Virus record (IMG/VR): IMGVR_UViG_3300042516_003202
DNA: 64,000 nucleotides
Direction: 5' to 3' (one strand)
Source: a virus
Shown here: positions 1 through 8,183 of the stretch, piece after piece
Position numbering within the stretch: position 1 is the stretch's first letter
Layout: the number at the start of each line of letters is the position of its first letter
The notes under the pieces: model-generated
What the model saw: the letters and a program-made list of their open reading frames with translations, nothing else
Told to the model about the DNA's origin: nothing
Database searches by the model: none
Made by a program: the position numbers and the translations under genes

Positions 1-8
1 TGTTAGTT

Positions 9-239
9 TCATTTTGTCAAAAAATCTCCAAGTTTAGGAATTTCACCACAATAAGAAGTTACTTCTGATGGACTTCTACCTTTGAAAGCAATTCTACACT
101 CCATAGATTTGACATAAGTTTGTTTATACAGATTTTGCTTCTGCATATCAGTATAGAAATACCCAAACACCAAACTAATGATGACGGTAAAACCAAACAT
201 AACACACAGAGCAATCAGTGCTTCATCATTAAATTTCAT
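9..239 (-). CDS. hypothetical protein with N-terminal transmembrane segment
   Basis: 76-aa ORF; hydrophobic LIALCVMFGFTVIISLVFGYF; part of a coupled minus-strand ORF array. Confidence 0.7.
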   Translation of the reverse strand: MKFNDEALIALCVMFGFTVIISLVFGYFYTDMQKQNLYKQTYVKSMECRIAFKGRSPSEVTSYCGEIPKLGDFLTK

Positions 240-252
240 TTGTCAGTCCTCA

Positions 253-453
253 TTAGTTGTTCCATTTATCGTGGGCAATAATCTTACGATAAGTTGTCTC
301 ACTCACAATATCCTTCTCTAACTCAACAACAGAAGCATATTGGAGATAGAGTGCGTATTCATCCTCGTTGAAATTGATTGATGGAATGAGACCTTTGTAT
401 GATAGAAGTGATTTGGTAATCAGTTTTTCTAATTGATAATGGTCGTCAGGCAT
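253..453 (-). CDS. hypothetical protein
   Basis: Start moved from the ORF track (537) to ATG at 453, which follows a GGAGG RBS and overlaps the upstream TGA. Confidence 0.65.
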   Translation of the reverse strand: MPDDHYQLEKLITKSLLSYKGLIPSINFNEDEYALYLQYASVVELEKDIVSETTYRKIIAHDKWNN

Positions 454-722
454 CAGTCCTCCACAATCAAACAATACTTTGACTGAAAGATAAAAACATC
501 CTTTTCGTGAATAAATTTCTCTCCATTTAGTTCCCAAGAATACACAACTTCAATCCAAGGGTCTGTATCTCCATAAGTATTGAAACCTTCAACGGTTACA
601 TAACCTTTGGAACCATCTGCTCGTGCCCAACGAGAACCAACTTGGATTTCGTGTGCCTTGAAGAAATGACGGACAATTGCTCTGCGTCCATCTATGATTT
701 CAGTTTCGTAGTTCATTACCAT
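453..722 (-). CDS. hypothetical protein
   Basis: 89-aa ORF overlapping neighbours by a few nt. Confidence 0.7.
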   Translation of the reverse strand: MVMNYETEIIDGRRAIVRHFFKAHEIQVGSRWARADGSKGYVTVEGFNTYGDTDPWIEVVYSWELNGEKFIHEKDVFIFQSKYCLIVED

Positions 723-1069
723 TGCTCCACAGGGATATAACCTACACTATGGCAGGTATCACATTCATAAAGATGACACTCACCCCAAGAGTATTCTGGG
801 GGTAGATTGTCTTCATCAAAGTCGGCAGCATACTGGGCACTTACTTGCTTGAACTGTTCATTACTTTGGTCTGAATCATCTTTCAGAACATAATGAAGTG
901 TCCAACTTTCACCATCACCTTGACAATCGGGACACTTACGAAATCCCATCTCACCTCTGATAATGGCACGGAGTTCTGCTGCCTCCAAAAGAAGGTCGTT
1001 GCCGTAGGAAGAAACTTGCATCGGTTGGTTGCTTACAAGGTTATTATACTGCAAAACCACCGACCACAA
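716..1069 (-). CDS. hypothetical protein with two CxxCxxxG motifs (DnaJ-type zinc-finger-like)
   Basis: CPDCQGDG and CDTCHSVG motifs. Confidence 0.6.
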   Translation of the reverse strand: MWSVVLQYNNLVSNQPMQVSSYGNDLLLEAAELRAIIRGEMGFRKCPDCQGDGESWTLHYVLKDDSDQSNEQFKQVSAQYAADFDEDNLPPEYSWGECHLYECDTCHSVGYIPVEQW

Positions 1070-1090
1070 GAGGGTCGGTGTGCCAGTTCT

Positions 1091-1414
1091 TCAAGTGTCC
1101 AACATCTTACGAATTCTATCTCCAATCAATTCAAGAATACTTTTTTGTCTTGGAGACCAAGCACCATAATTCATACAAATGTGATTGTATAGTTGTGGAA
1201 ACTGATGAACAAGATTACAATAATCACCACCAGATTTCAAACATTTATCAAATTCAATACCATTAGAACTTCTGTGGCAGTGAATACAATTCCGACAGTT
1301 GATAGCAAGACCAGAAGTGGGGTCAATTTGAGTATTGACCATTCCTTCCAGTTGTGCTCGTTTTTGTTCAAGATTGTTCATAAATCGTAAGGATGTTGAG
1401 GGTCTCGGGTCCAA
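1091..1414 (-). CDS. cysteine-rich hypothetical protein
   Basis: CRNCIHC...C...C...C; true start may be MNNLEQK at 1381. Confidence 0.6.
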   Translation of the reverse strand: MDPRPSTSLRFMNNLEQKRAQLEGMVNTQIDPTSGLAINCRNCIHCHRSSNGIEFDKCLKSGGDYCNLVHQFPQLYNHICMNYGAWSPRQKSILELIGDRIRKMLDT

Positions 1415-1563
1415 AGTTTAGTATATACTAACCATTTCTCTTGTTTGTTATCCATTTCAGCAGTCCAGTGAATTCCATTCTCATCAATAGCATCAAGATA
1501 ATGAATACCTTTGCGGTCATCAATCACACGAGTGACAGTTACAAACTTTACTTTTTCAACCAT
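1378..1563 (-). CDS. hypothetical protein
   Basis: Start MVEKVK at 1563 follows a GGAG RBS; the ORF-track 5' extension is probably spurious. Confidence 0.65.
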   Translation of the reverse strand: MVEKVKFVTVTRVIDDRKGIHYLDAIDENGIHWTAEMDNKQEKWLVYTKLWTRDPQHPYDL

Positions 1564-1665
1564 AATCAAACTCCGTCTGGTAGATTTCCTGTTAAAGCAA
1601 GAATAAGAGAAATAATCATAATAAGAACAAGTCCTATTGGTAGTGGCCATTCTGGTTTTTCTGGA

Positions 1666-1959
1666 TCATTCATTTTTCACAACCTCAAATGTGGGAACAC
1701 CTTTCTCATCAAACTCTACAGCAAGATTTACTGTATAACCACCTGAAATCCTCCAAGAAGCATTTTTGAACTCTTGTGTTTCTTTCTCTGGATATTTTGG
1801 AACAAAAAGACCATCTACAAGTTCATTAGCATCCTCATCACCAAGATAATGGAGGTTGATGAATTTACGCAATCTTATTTCATCTTCTGGTGGGAGATGA
1901 AAACTTACGGGAACAACAAACTTATTCGTTGGTTCAAACATTTTATCATAATCAATCAT
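1666..1959 (-). CDS. hypothetical protein
   Basis: 97-aa ORF, ATGA overlap with upstream ORF. Confidence 0.7.
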   Translation of the reverse strand: MIDYDKMFEPTNKFVVPVSFHLPPEDEIRLRKFINLHYLGDEDANELVDGLFVPKYPEKETQEFKNASWRISGGYTVNLAVEFDEKGVPTFEVVKNE

Positions 1960-2150
1960 AATGCTTCTACTTCATCGGCAAGTTGATATAATACATCAGC
2001 AGGATGTTGAAGTTCTCCCCAATCAGTACAAAGTCGTGCTGCTGCTTCGTTGATGATAAAAGCAATCAGTTTCTTGCGGTCATTCTTCTGTGGTCGCAGT
2101 GTGAGTTCCATAGAAGCATCTAGGAGTTCTTGCGCTCTATTGGTCATCAC
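1956..2150 (-). CDS. hypothetical protein
   Basis: 64-aa ORF preceded by GGAG RBS. Confidence 0.7.
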   Translation of the reverse strand: MMTNRAQELLDASMELTLRPQKNDRKKLIAFIINEAAARLCTDWGELQHPADVLYQLADEVEAL

Positions 2151-2409
2151 GATTTCTCCTATACCAAGAAAGGTCTCTTGGACGTGCAGTAACTACATCC
2201 AAATAAAATTGAAATCGTTTGTATTGAATAAAAAATCCAAGCAAAAAACCAGAACTGATACACAAAGAAAATTCTGGAAGGATAGAATCGCAACCATAAT
2301 CATCCCATTGAACTGTAATATCAAGTAGAGCAAACTTTTGGAATCTAAGGACTTGGAAAAACCACTCCTTCCCAAAGTCCTCATAAGTTTCATAATCAAA
2401 GAGTTTCAT
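2137..2409 (-). CDS. aromatic-rich hypothetical protein, apparent paralog of 4489-4767
   Basis: EDFGKEW...ALLDITVQWDDYG aligns with EDYGKEY...ALLQVAFDIGEYG. Confidence 0.65.
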   Translation of the reverse strand: MKLFDYETYEDFGKEWFFQVLRFQKFALLDITVQWDDYGCDSILPEFSLCISSGFLLGFFIQYKRFQFYLDVVTARPRDLSWYRRNRDDQ

Positions 2410-2744
2410 ACTCCATCTCCAGTTTCATTCCATTCATCCATACGAGTAGCAAGGTCTTCACACTCTTTCCAGTGTTTCTCTACTTCTTTTACACGCACCA
2501 TAAAACTATCTTCACCATGATCACCTGAATACAGATAATCAATATGCCTCATGATTTCTGCCATTTTACGCATCTTGAGAAGTTGTTTTCTCAAATACTT
2601 GATAGTTTCTGGCGAAAAATTGGGAGCATACTCATACTCATCTAGTTTTTTGTTGTTGTTTTGGATTTCTACTTCCAACTCATCAGCAAACTGTGCTACC
2701 TTGTAGTAATCGTAACCGCAGTCACCAAAATGTCCGCCACTCAT
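2406..2744 (-). CDS. hypothetical protein
   Basis: 112-aa ORF, MSGGHF...DYLYSGDHGEDSF, coupled to neighbours. Confidence 0.75.
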   Translation of the reverse strand: MSGGHFGDCGYDYYKVAQFADELEVEIQNNNKKLDEYEYAPNFSPETIKYLRKQLLKMRKMAEIMRHIDYLYSGDHGEDSFMVRVKEVEKHWKECEDLATRMDEWNETGDGV

Positions 2745-3043
2745 GGTTGTGTCTCCGTTGTTACTTGGGGTGGTGGGGGAGGTGCTACAGGAGGTAGCAC
2801 TGTTTGTTGGGGTGCTGGAGGCAACGTGGTTGCCGTTGGAGGAGTCTCTGGCACCACTACAGGTGCTGGTTCTAATGCTGGTTTAGAGAGATCTTCCAGT
2901 TTTTTGTCCAGTTCATTCAGTTTTTGATCTAATACTGTTGGTGGTTGTGGTGAGTTAGACTCTGCAAGTTTCCATCCAGCAGCAGCAGCACCGAAAATAC
3001 TTGCAAGGGCAGCAACAGTTGAAATGGTCTTGGTGAAACTCAT
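2741..3043 (-). CDS. membrane-anchored proline-rich protein
   Basis: N-terminal hydrophobic helix, short coiled coil, Pro/Thr-rich tail. Confidence 0.7.
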   Translation of the reverse strand: MSFTKTISTVAALASIFGAAAAGWKLAESNSPQPPTVLDQKLNELDKKLEDLSKPALEPAPVVVPETPPTATTLPPAPQQTVLPPVAPPPPPQVTTETQP

Positions 3044-3222
3044 TTTGCCTCCAGTTCTTCATCTACAGGGAACATTTGATCATACTCTTCATCAGTCAGA
3101 GTAAGAAACTGAACATCAGCATCACGATGTTCTTCGGCATACATTAGATGGTAATGTACAAAGGCAGCAGGATCAGTGCTTCCATATTCTACCACACCAT
3201 CAACCAAACAAAGGTAGTTCAT
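3040..3222 (-). CDS. hypothetical protein
   Basis: Start MNYLCLVDG lies just downstream of the promoter at 3244-3289. Confidence 0.65.
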   Translation of the reverse strand: MNYLCLVDGVVEYGSTDPAAFVHYHLMYAEEHRDADVQFLTLTDEEYDQMFPVDEELEAK

Positions 3223-3243
3223 CGGTTTGTTGTGTACTAAAGT

Positions 3244-3289
3244 ATCATAAAGCAAAACACTACCCATGTAAAGAGGTAGTGTGCCAGTT
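3244..3289 (-). promoter_or_regulatory. early promoter cassette: AACTGGCAC motif, hairpin, -10 box TATGAT
   Basis: AACTGGCAC, then ACACTACC/GGTAGTGT inverted repeat with T-run, then TATGAT; motif lies 31 nt upstream of the -10. Confidence 0.65.
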
Positions 3290-3291
3290 GG

Positions 3292-3537
3292 TCAGGTGTC
3301 TTGTTCTTGTTCTAGTTTGCCATAAAGTCCTCGTTCGTAACCCGCACAATATGCCGAATGTATCCATTTATACATCAAATCTTTACGGGTCTTTTCGTCC
3401 CCTACTTCACAGTCTCCATAGAAATACTCACATCTCCAAGTATAAGGACCATAGTTATCATTAAACCAATCTACAAAACCTTCTTCGGCATCATCTACCC
3501 ATTCAAAATCATTTGCTGGATGGTTTTTCATTTTCAA
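3292..3537 (-). CDS. hypothetical protein
   Basis: 81-aa acidic/aromatic ORF. Confidence 0.7.
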   Translation of the reverse strand: MKMKNHPANDFEWVDDAEEGFVDWFNDNYGPYTWRCEYFYGDCEVGDEKTRKDLMYKWIHSAYCAGYERGLYGKLEQEQDT

Positions 3538-3748
3538 TTTCTTGTTTTAGTTTGCGAATTCCAGTAATGAAGTAAGCAAAGTCACGAGTTTCTGTGATGG
3601 GTTTGGTTTCACCACACACATCACAGGTTGATGTATAAACAGAAGAACAACCTACAGAATATACTCCATAAGTTCGTCCGCAATCCATACAGGTTTTGTA
3701 GGCAGTCTCAAGTTTCTTGAGAAGTGCTTTCTTTTCTTTGAGGTTCAT
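3509..3748 (-). CDS. zinc-ribbon-like hypothetical protein
   Basis: CMDCG and CDVCG; start MNLKEKK chosen to limit overlap. Confidence 0.6.
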   Translation of the reverse strand: MNLKEKKALLKKLETAYKTCMDCGRTYGVYSVGCSSVYTSTCDVCGETKPITETRDFAYFITGIRKLKQEIENEKPSSK

Positions 3749-3929
3749 AAGGTCCAAGTTCAACTCCGTATTTGTTTTTGAGGTTGTCTGTAAGGTAATC
3801 ATACAGCAGATCGGCAAACCCGTAATGGGGTCTTGTGCCAGTTTCAATACTGGACGAAGTAGCAACCGTCCACATAATATCAAGTTCTCTTTTATCAGGA
3901 AGTTCTTTCATCAATCCCACCACCAACAA
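3708..3929 (-). CDS. hypothetical protein
   Basis: 73-aa ORF; likely start MKELPDK at 3911. Confidence 0.6.
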   Translation of the reverse strand: MLVVGLMKELPDKRELDIMWTVATSSSIETGTRPHYGFADLLYDYLTDNLKNKYGVELGPYEPQRKESTSQET

Positions 3930-4492
3930 AGATTTTCAAGTGTGTTAATAAACTGTTCATGATAAACCGTTCTACTAGGATTTGGTTTACCATCTTTCAT
4001 GTCTTGTAGATACTGCATTATACCACGAACCACTGGAGTGTCTTGAAAGTATTCGTGCATTCTGTAACAATCAAACTTTTCATTATATTGAATAAAGTCA
4101 TGGAGCGGTGCCATATTGCGACGGTATGCACGGATGAATACATCTTCATCCTTAATACCATTCTTGTTTAGAATCTGAAGTGGTGTATACTTTTCACCAT
4201 CATTTTCTTCATCAAGTTCTTCTGGTTCACCAAAGACGAAATGAAGGTCATCATAATACTTTTCCATCAACTCTAGGTCTGGTGCTACACGAAGTTCTTC
4301 ATTCTCCTGCATGTAGTAGTCCATTCTACGTTTTGCATCTGGATCGGTCAGGCGAAATACAATATTACCGATGTAGTAGTTTACTGGACCTCCATACATG
4401 CTTTCGGATAGTTTTTTGCGAAACGAAAGATGAATAATTTCAAATCCAGGATCTTCATTTTCTTCCATTACTAAACCTTGAGTGAAACTCAT
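3911..4492 (-). CDS. acidic hypothetical protein
   Basis: 193-aa ORF, stop overlaps the next start. Confidence 0.75.
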   Translation of the reverse strand: MSFTQGLVMEENEDPGFEIIHLSFRKKLSESMYGGPVNYYIGNIVFRLTDPDAKRRMDYYMQENEELRVAPDLELMEKYYDDLHFVFGEPEELDEENDGEKYTPLQILNKNGIKDEDVFIRAYRRNMAPLHDFIQYNEKFDCYRMHEYFQDTPVVRGIMQYLQDMKDGKPNPSRTVYHEQFINTLENLCWWWD

Positions 4493-4767
4493 TCTTTTAC
4501 CTCTTGAACATAAAAAGACTCATCACGCCAATTACGACCAGCAATATCAAAAGTAAAACCTAACTTGCCAACAGTGAAGAAAAAAGAAAATAGTCGTCCA
4601 TATCCCATATTAATTTGGAGATAAGGCCATTCAATCCAGGAACCATACTCACCAATATCAAATGCAACTTGGAGAAGTGCATGATGTTCATTAAAGAAAA
4701 GAGTTAGGCAATATTCTTTACCATAATCCTCTCTTACATACCATTTTGCAATTTGAAAGATTTTCAT
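4489..4767 (-). CDS. aromatic-rich hypothetical protein, apparent paralog of 2137-2409
   Basis: Shared ED(F/Y)GKE and ALL...YG blocks. Confidence 0.65.
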   Translation of the reverse strand: MKIFQIAKWYVREDYGKEYCLTLFFNEHHALLQVAFDIGEYGSWIEWPYLQINMGYGRLFSFFFTVGKLGFTFDIAGRNWRDESFYVQEVKE

Positions 4768-4991
4768 TCTTCTAGTTCCTGTGCTAGTTGAAGCATATCA
4801 TTTTTATCTAGAACAATCAAGTTATTTTGAGCATTATAAAACTGAACGTTTTCTGCAGTAATCTTCAAAATTGCGGCAACTAGTTTCTCTTCGGTATCAG
4901 CACCAGCATTTCGTGCCTCCCAAATAGCATTCATAAATGCTTGCGATCTTTCAGTCAATTGTCTTCTCCTCAGGAAAATCAAACCATTCAT
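4764..4991 (-). CDS. hypothetical protein
   Basis: 75-aa ORF; start may be further downstream. Confidence 0.6.
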   Translation of the reverse strand: MNGLIFLRRRQLTERSQAFMNAIWEARNAGADTEEKLVAAILKITAENVQFYNAQNNLIVLDKNDMLQLAQELEE

Positions 4992-5136
4992 ATAGAGAGT
5001 TCATCACATTTTCAACAATACAATCAACCACAGCATCTGGATGTGGGTTCTCTACATGTTTATGTGCTCTATTATAACCGAAACGAACACCTTCTTCAAG
5101 TGCCATTCCCAATACTTTATGAAAGTTCGGTTTCAT
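4951..5136 (-). CDS. hypothetical protein
   Basis: 61-aa ORF. Confidence 0.65.
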   Translation of the reverse strand: MKPNFHKVLGMALEEGVRFGYNRAHKHVENPHPDAVVDCIVENVMNSLYEWFDFPEEKTID

Positions 5137-5140
5137 AATT

Positions 5141-5614
5141 TTAATAAGTATAAGATTTCCATTCTTGAATATTAGAGTTATTCAAAACAAACTGCATTTT
5201 ATTTAATGGAGCCTTTGGTTTTTTTCTTAACTTCATCCCAGTTTGCTCTAATAACGTATTACCTTTTTTTGTGTTACAAGAACAACAAGCAACCACAAGA
5301 TTTTCCCAAGTATCTTGTCCACCACGACATTTTGGAATTACATGATCTATAGTTAGATTGTGTGTAGATCCACAATATTGGCAAGAATTATTATCACGCT
5401 TATAAATCATCGTTTTAGATGGCCTATGTGACATAATTTTAGAAAGAGGAACCTTTACATAATCTAACAATCTAATTACTTGGGTTGAAAGAATTTGTGC
5501 TTTTTCTTTAAGTAATAAAACAATTGCTCTTTTCCAACTCGTGATGTTAAGAGGTTCATAACTGGAATTTAAAACTAAAACAGATCTTCCAGGTTGAATT
5601 TTTAAGTAGTCCAT
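5141..5614 (-). CDS. HNH endonuclease (McrA-like, zinc-binding)
   Basis: VLVLNSSYEPL N-terminus; CQYCG...LTIDHVIPKCRGG...WENLVVACCSCNTKKGN. Confidence 0.9.
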   Translation of the reverse strand: MDYLKIQPGRSVLVLNSSYEPLNITSWKRAIVLLLKEKAQILSTQVIRLLDYVKVPLSKIMSHRPSKTMIYKRDNNSCQYCGSTHNLTIDHVIPKCRGGQDTWENLVVACCSCNTKKGNTLLEQTGMKLRKKPKAPLNKMQFVLNNSNIQEWKSYTY

Positions 5615-5618
5615 CGGA

Positions 5619-6008
5619 TTAGTCAGGCTCTACACTTTTATCTATAAATTTATCTAAAGCATCTAAATCGTCTTTAAGTTCTTGCTCTCTTTTCTTGTCA
5701 TGGTAATAAGACCAAAGTGCATTATGAACATCCATAAGATGATCAACCCAGAAACCCGTAGGATAAATGCCAAGAGCATCTTGAAGTCCACGGTGAGAGG
5801 TTCCTTCACTTTCTGCCTTACACATGATGTATGTGATTGCTTCTACCATATCAACCTTGTCTTCTTCAGAAAGCATAAAATACTTTCCCACAGCACGTTG
5901 CCTTGCCTCTTCATTTGCCTTCTGAAGTTCTTTACAAGCATCAGAATTCCACCACTCTTGGAGTGCTTTGCCAAGATCGTTAGGTTGCTTTTCAGTCATT
6001 ACCTTCAC
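5619..6008 (-). CDS. hypothetical protein
   Basis: 129-aa ORF with an upstream TG-n-TAGGAT -10-like element. Confidence 0.75.
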   Translation of the reverse strand: MKVMTEKQPNDLGKALQEWWNSDACKELQKANEEARQRAVGKYFMLSEEDKVDMVEAITYIMCKAESEGTSHRGLQDALGIYPTGFWVDHLMDVHNALWSYYHDKKREQELKDDLDALDKFIDKSVEPD

Positions 6009-6091
6009 TTTTACCTACAATATATCCTAGCACAAGACCACACATAAAAGCAACAAATAAGTAAAGTTCATGAGATACAAATTGTATCAAG

Positions 6092-6412
6092 TCAATCACG
6101 TTGTCTCCAATCTTCTGGTTTTTCTTCTGTGAAAAAATCAACAATCTCATCTACACTGTTAAATCTAGAAATTCCTTTTCTTTCATGTCCTATTCCACCA
6201 ATGTCAAGTTGATTTAAAAAATCATCTAAATCTCCTTCTTGCATATTAGGATTTTCTGCTTTTCGGCGTGCTTGGCGAAGAATTGTGGCAGCGGAACGAT
6301 TTACTTTTGCTAATTTTTCCGCCCAAATCATATCTCCTAAAGAAACCTCTTCATGCTTGACAATCTTTTGGCAGATTTCTTCAAGACGAAGACGATATTG
6401 TGTAGAGAGCAT
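6092..6412 (-). CDS. conserved cyanomyovirus hypothetical protein
   Basis: MLSTQYRLRLEEIC... recognised as a common cyanophage family; ATAAATA late promoter at 6433-6439. Confidence 0.75.
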   Translation of the reverse strand: MLSTQYRLRLEEICQKIVKHEEVSLGDMIWAEKLAKVNRSAATILRQARRKAENPNMQEGDLDDFLNQLDIGGIGHERKGISRFNSVDEIVDFFTEEKPEDWRQRD

Positions 6413-6435
6413 AATTTACTCCAAGTATGGTTTAT

Positions 6436-6972
6436 TTATTTTACATCAATGTTTAGAGATAATATTTTTCTACTAATATTACTCTTGTTTTGATGTGTGT
6501 AATGCAAAATAGATGATGGAAAAAATATCATAGTTCCAGATTCAACATCTTCTGGTGAAAATTCAGAATAAATTCCAGTTAGAGGATCAACAAATGGAGA
6601 AATAAAAACAGTTGGAGTATGAACTTCAGAATCAAATTCCAAATAACAAACTGAACTTACAGTTCCTATCCCATGATTGTGAGCACCATGAAACATATAT
6701 TTTTTTTCTTCTTGAAACCATGAGTGAACAACCTCACAGTAATTAAATCCAAAATTTTCTTTTAAGGTATTAATTTCAGTTTCTAATAAAGATTGAATTT
6801 TTTTATTTCTTTGAGATGAAGCATAATCATATGAACTCATTACGGTTATGTAATATTCTAAATTTTCACCTTCAGCGTCCATCATATCGTTTAGTATTTC
6901 TTTTTTTACATCCCAATTATCAACTTTAAGTTGTAAATATGGGATTTGAAACATGTTTTCAATTTTTATCAT
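6436..6972 (-). CDS. 2OG-Fe(II) oxygenase (TIGR02466-like)
   Basis: HGAHNHG (HxH), IFFPSSILHY distal His, SRKILSLN Arg motif. Confidence 0.8.
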   Translation of the reverse strand: MIKIENMFQIPYLQLKVDNWDVKKEILNDMMDAEGENLEYYITVMSSYDYASSQRNKKIQSLLETEINTLKENFGFNYCEVVHSWFQEEKKYMFHGAHNHGIGTVSSVCYLEFDSEVHTPTVFISPFVDPLTGIYSEFSPEDVESGTMIFFPSSILHYTHQNKSNISRKILSLNIDVK

Positions 6973-7201
6973 TATTGTTTATCTCTTTTTCAAATTCTTT
7001 AGCGAGTTTATAAGCTCGTCTCCACATCATCCATTTTACTACAGGATTTGCTGGATTGTGTAGAATCCACCACTTGGTTTTTTCATATTGAACTCTTGCA
7101 AGTTGAGTAAGCATATAAAATGCCCTCGCTACGGAATTGTCTGTAACTATAAGATACGCAGCAATTGCAAAGAGAGCAAACCAAATGTAGTATAAATTCA
7201 T
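6959..7201 (-). CDS. hypothetical membrane protein
   Basis: N-terminal hydrophobic helix; ATGA-coupled. Confidence 0.7.
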   Translation of the reverse strand: MNLYYIWFALFAIAAYLIVTDNSVARAFYMLTQLARVQYEKTKWWILHNPANPVVKWMMWRRAYKLAKEFEKEINNNDKN

Positions 7202-7374
7202 TTTCTGATTGTTTTAAGGTATTCTATTACATGCTCACGAACCTGCATGAGTTCGTTATAGCATTTTTGGTTGTGAGCACACTGACGAAGTTCGTGATCT
7301 GGTTTGTGAACACTTTCTATAAAGAGATCAAGACCACGATTCCATTTGTCAATTTGCGATTCATTTTCTGACAT
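7198..7374 (-). CDS. small conserved cyanophage protein (58 aa)
   Basis: Manual translation MSENESQIDKWNRGLDLFIESVHKPDHELRQCAHNQKCYNELMQVREHVIEYLKTIRK; below the ORF-track cutoff. Confidence 0.75.
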   Translation of the reverse strand: MSENESQIDKWNRGLDLFIESVHKPDHELRQCAHNQKCYNELMQVREHVIEYLKTIRK

Positions 7375-7534
7375 TTGGTTTAATAATCAAAGGACAAGAA
7401 GGAACTACTTTTTTAAGTTCCCAAAGAATTTCTGTTTTTTGTTCAGATGTCAATAGTTTAACATTCACTAACCTATTGGCAATCATAGCAATATCAGAAC
7501 AAGATAAAATGGTCGTGAGAAACAAAGGAATCAT
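7361..7534 (-). CDS. small hypothetical protein (57 aa)
   Basis: Manual translation MIPLFLTTILSCSDIAMIANRL...CPLIIKPNVRK; GGAG RBS; ATAAATA at 7557-7563. Confidence 0.7.
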   Translation of the reverse strand: MIPLFLTTILSCSDIAMIANRLVNVKLLTSEQKTEILWELKKVVPSCPLIIKPNVRK

Positions 7535-7559
7535 GAGTTTCTCCCCATATTGAAATTAT

Positions 7560-7778
7560 TTATTGGGCAAATCCACCACCCTTTACTTTTTCTTTACTTT
7601 TCTTTTTATCCTTTACGATTATAAGATCTAAAAAATCGGGAACACGACTGTGCTCGAACCAATACCTCTGTGCGTCCTCCCAATGATCAAAAAATCTGTT
7701 TTTACCACTTTTCAGAACAACTTCATAGGTGTGTCTATCATAAAGAGCATCAGATGTACAAGTAAAGAGTTGAGTCAT
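7560..7778 (-). CDS. hypothetical protein
   Basis: 72-aa ORF ending in the GGGFAQ tail common in cyanophage small proteins. Confidence 0.7.
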   Translation of the reverse strand: MTQLFTCTSDALYDRHTYEVVLKSGKNRFFDHWEDAQRYWFEHSRVPDFLDLIIVKDKKKSKEKVKGGGFAQ

Positions 7779-8008
7779 AGAAATTGATCCAGAGGTCCTT
7801 TAGTGTTTCTTTTAAGTGCTTTTGATTCTTTTTCAATATAAGATACTGCAGTTTTGTAGTTGTTTGCAGTATGCACTTGCTGCCCCTTGTAGACAATAAT
7901 GAACTTTTTCCCCCAAGGAATTGCTGCCCACTCCATGTTTTTGGTTACATATCCGTTTGGACTTCCTGGAGTGGGATCTAGAATGCCTTCGTTTTGAACG
8001 TTAGACAT
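7775..8008 (-). CDS. hypothetical protein
   Basis: 77-aa ORF coupled to neighbours. Confidence 0.7.
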   Translation of the reverse strand: MSNVQNEGILDPTPGSPNGYVTKNMEWAAIPWGKKFIIVYKGQQVHTANNYKTAVSYIEKESKALKRNTKGPLDQFL

Positions 8009-8148
8009 CAGAATTTAACGGTCACACTAACAACCTTTGCCTTAGGGTTGCGAGCAAGAGCAGTTTCACGAGCATCTTGTGGATTGGATGCCTGAACCTC
8101 TTCATTAAAGATTTTACCGGCGACATAAAGTTGAACAACGTACTTCAT
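8008..8148 (-). CDS. small conserved cyanophage protein (46 aa)
   Basis: Manual translation MKYVVQLYVAGKIFNEEVQASNPQDARETALARNPKAKVVSVTVKF. Confidence 0.7.
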   Translation of the reverse strand: MKYVVQLYVAGKIFNEEVQASNPQDARETALARNPKAKVVSVTVKF

Positions 8149-8183
8149 TTGAAAATTTCCTTTGTGAATTGAATAGAAAGAAA

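Noticed and set aside
1532-1540. GTGACAGTT variant of the AACTGGCAC promoter motif
   Set aside because: Lies inside a coding region with only a weak -10 at the expected distance
6074-6088. Palindrome GATACA-AAT-TGTATC resembling NtcA half-sites
   Set aside because: Half-sites are in reverse order (TAC before GTA) with the wrong spacing; single occurrence
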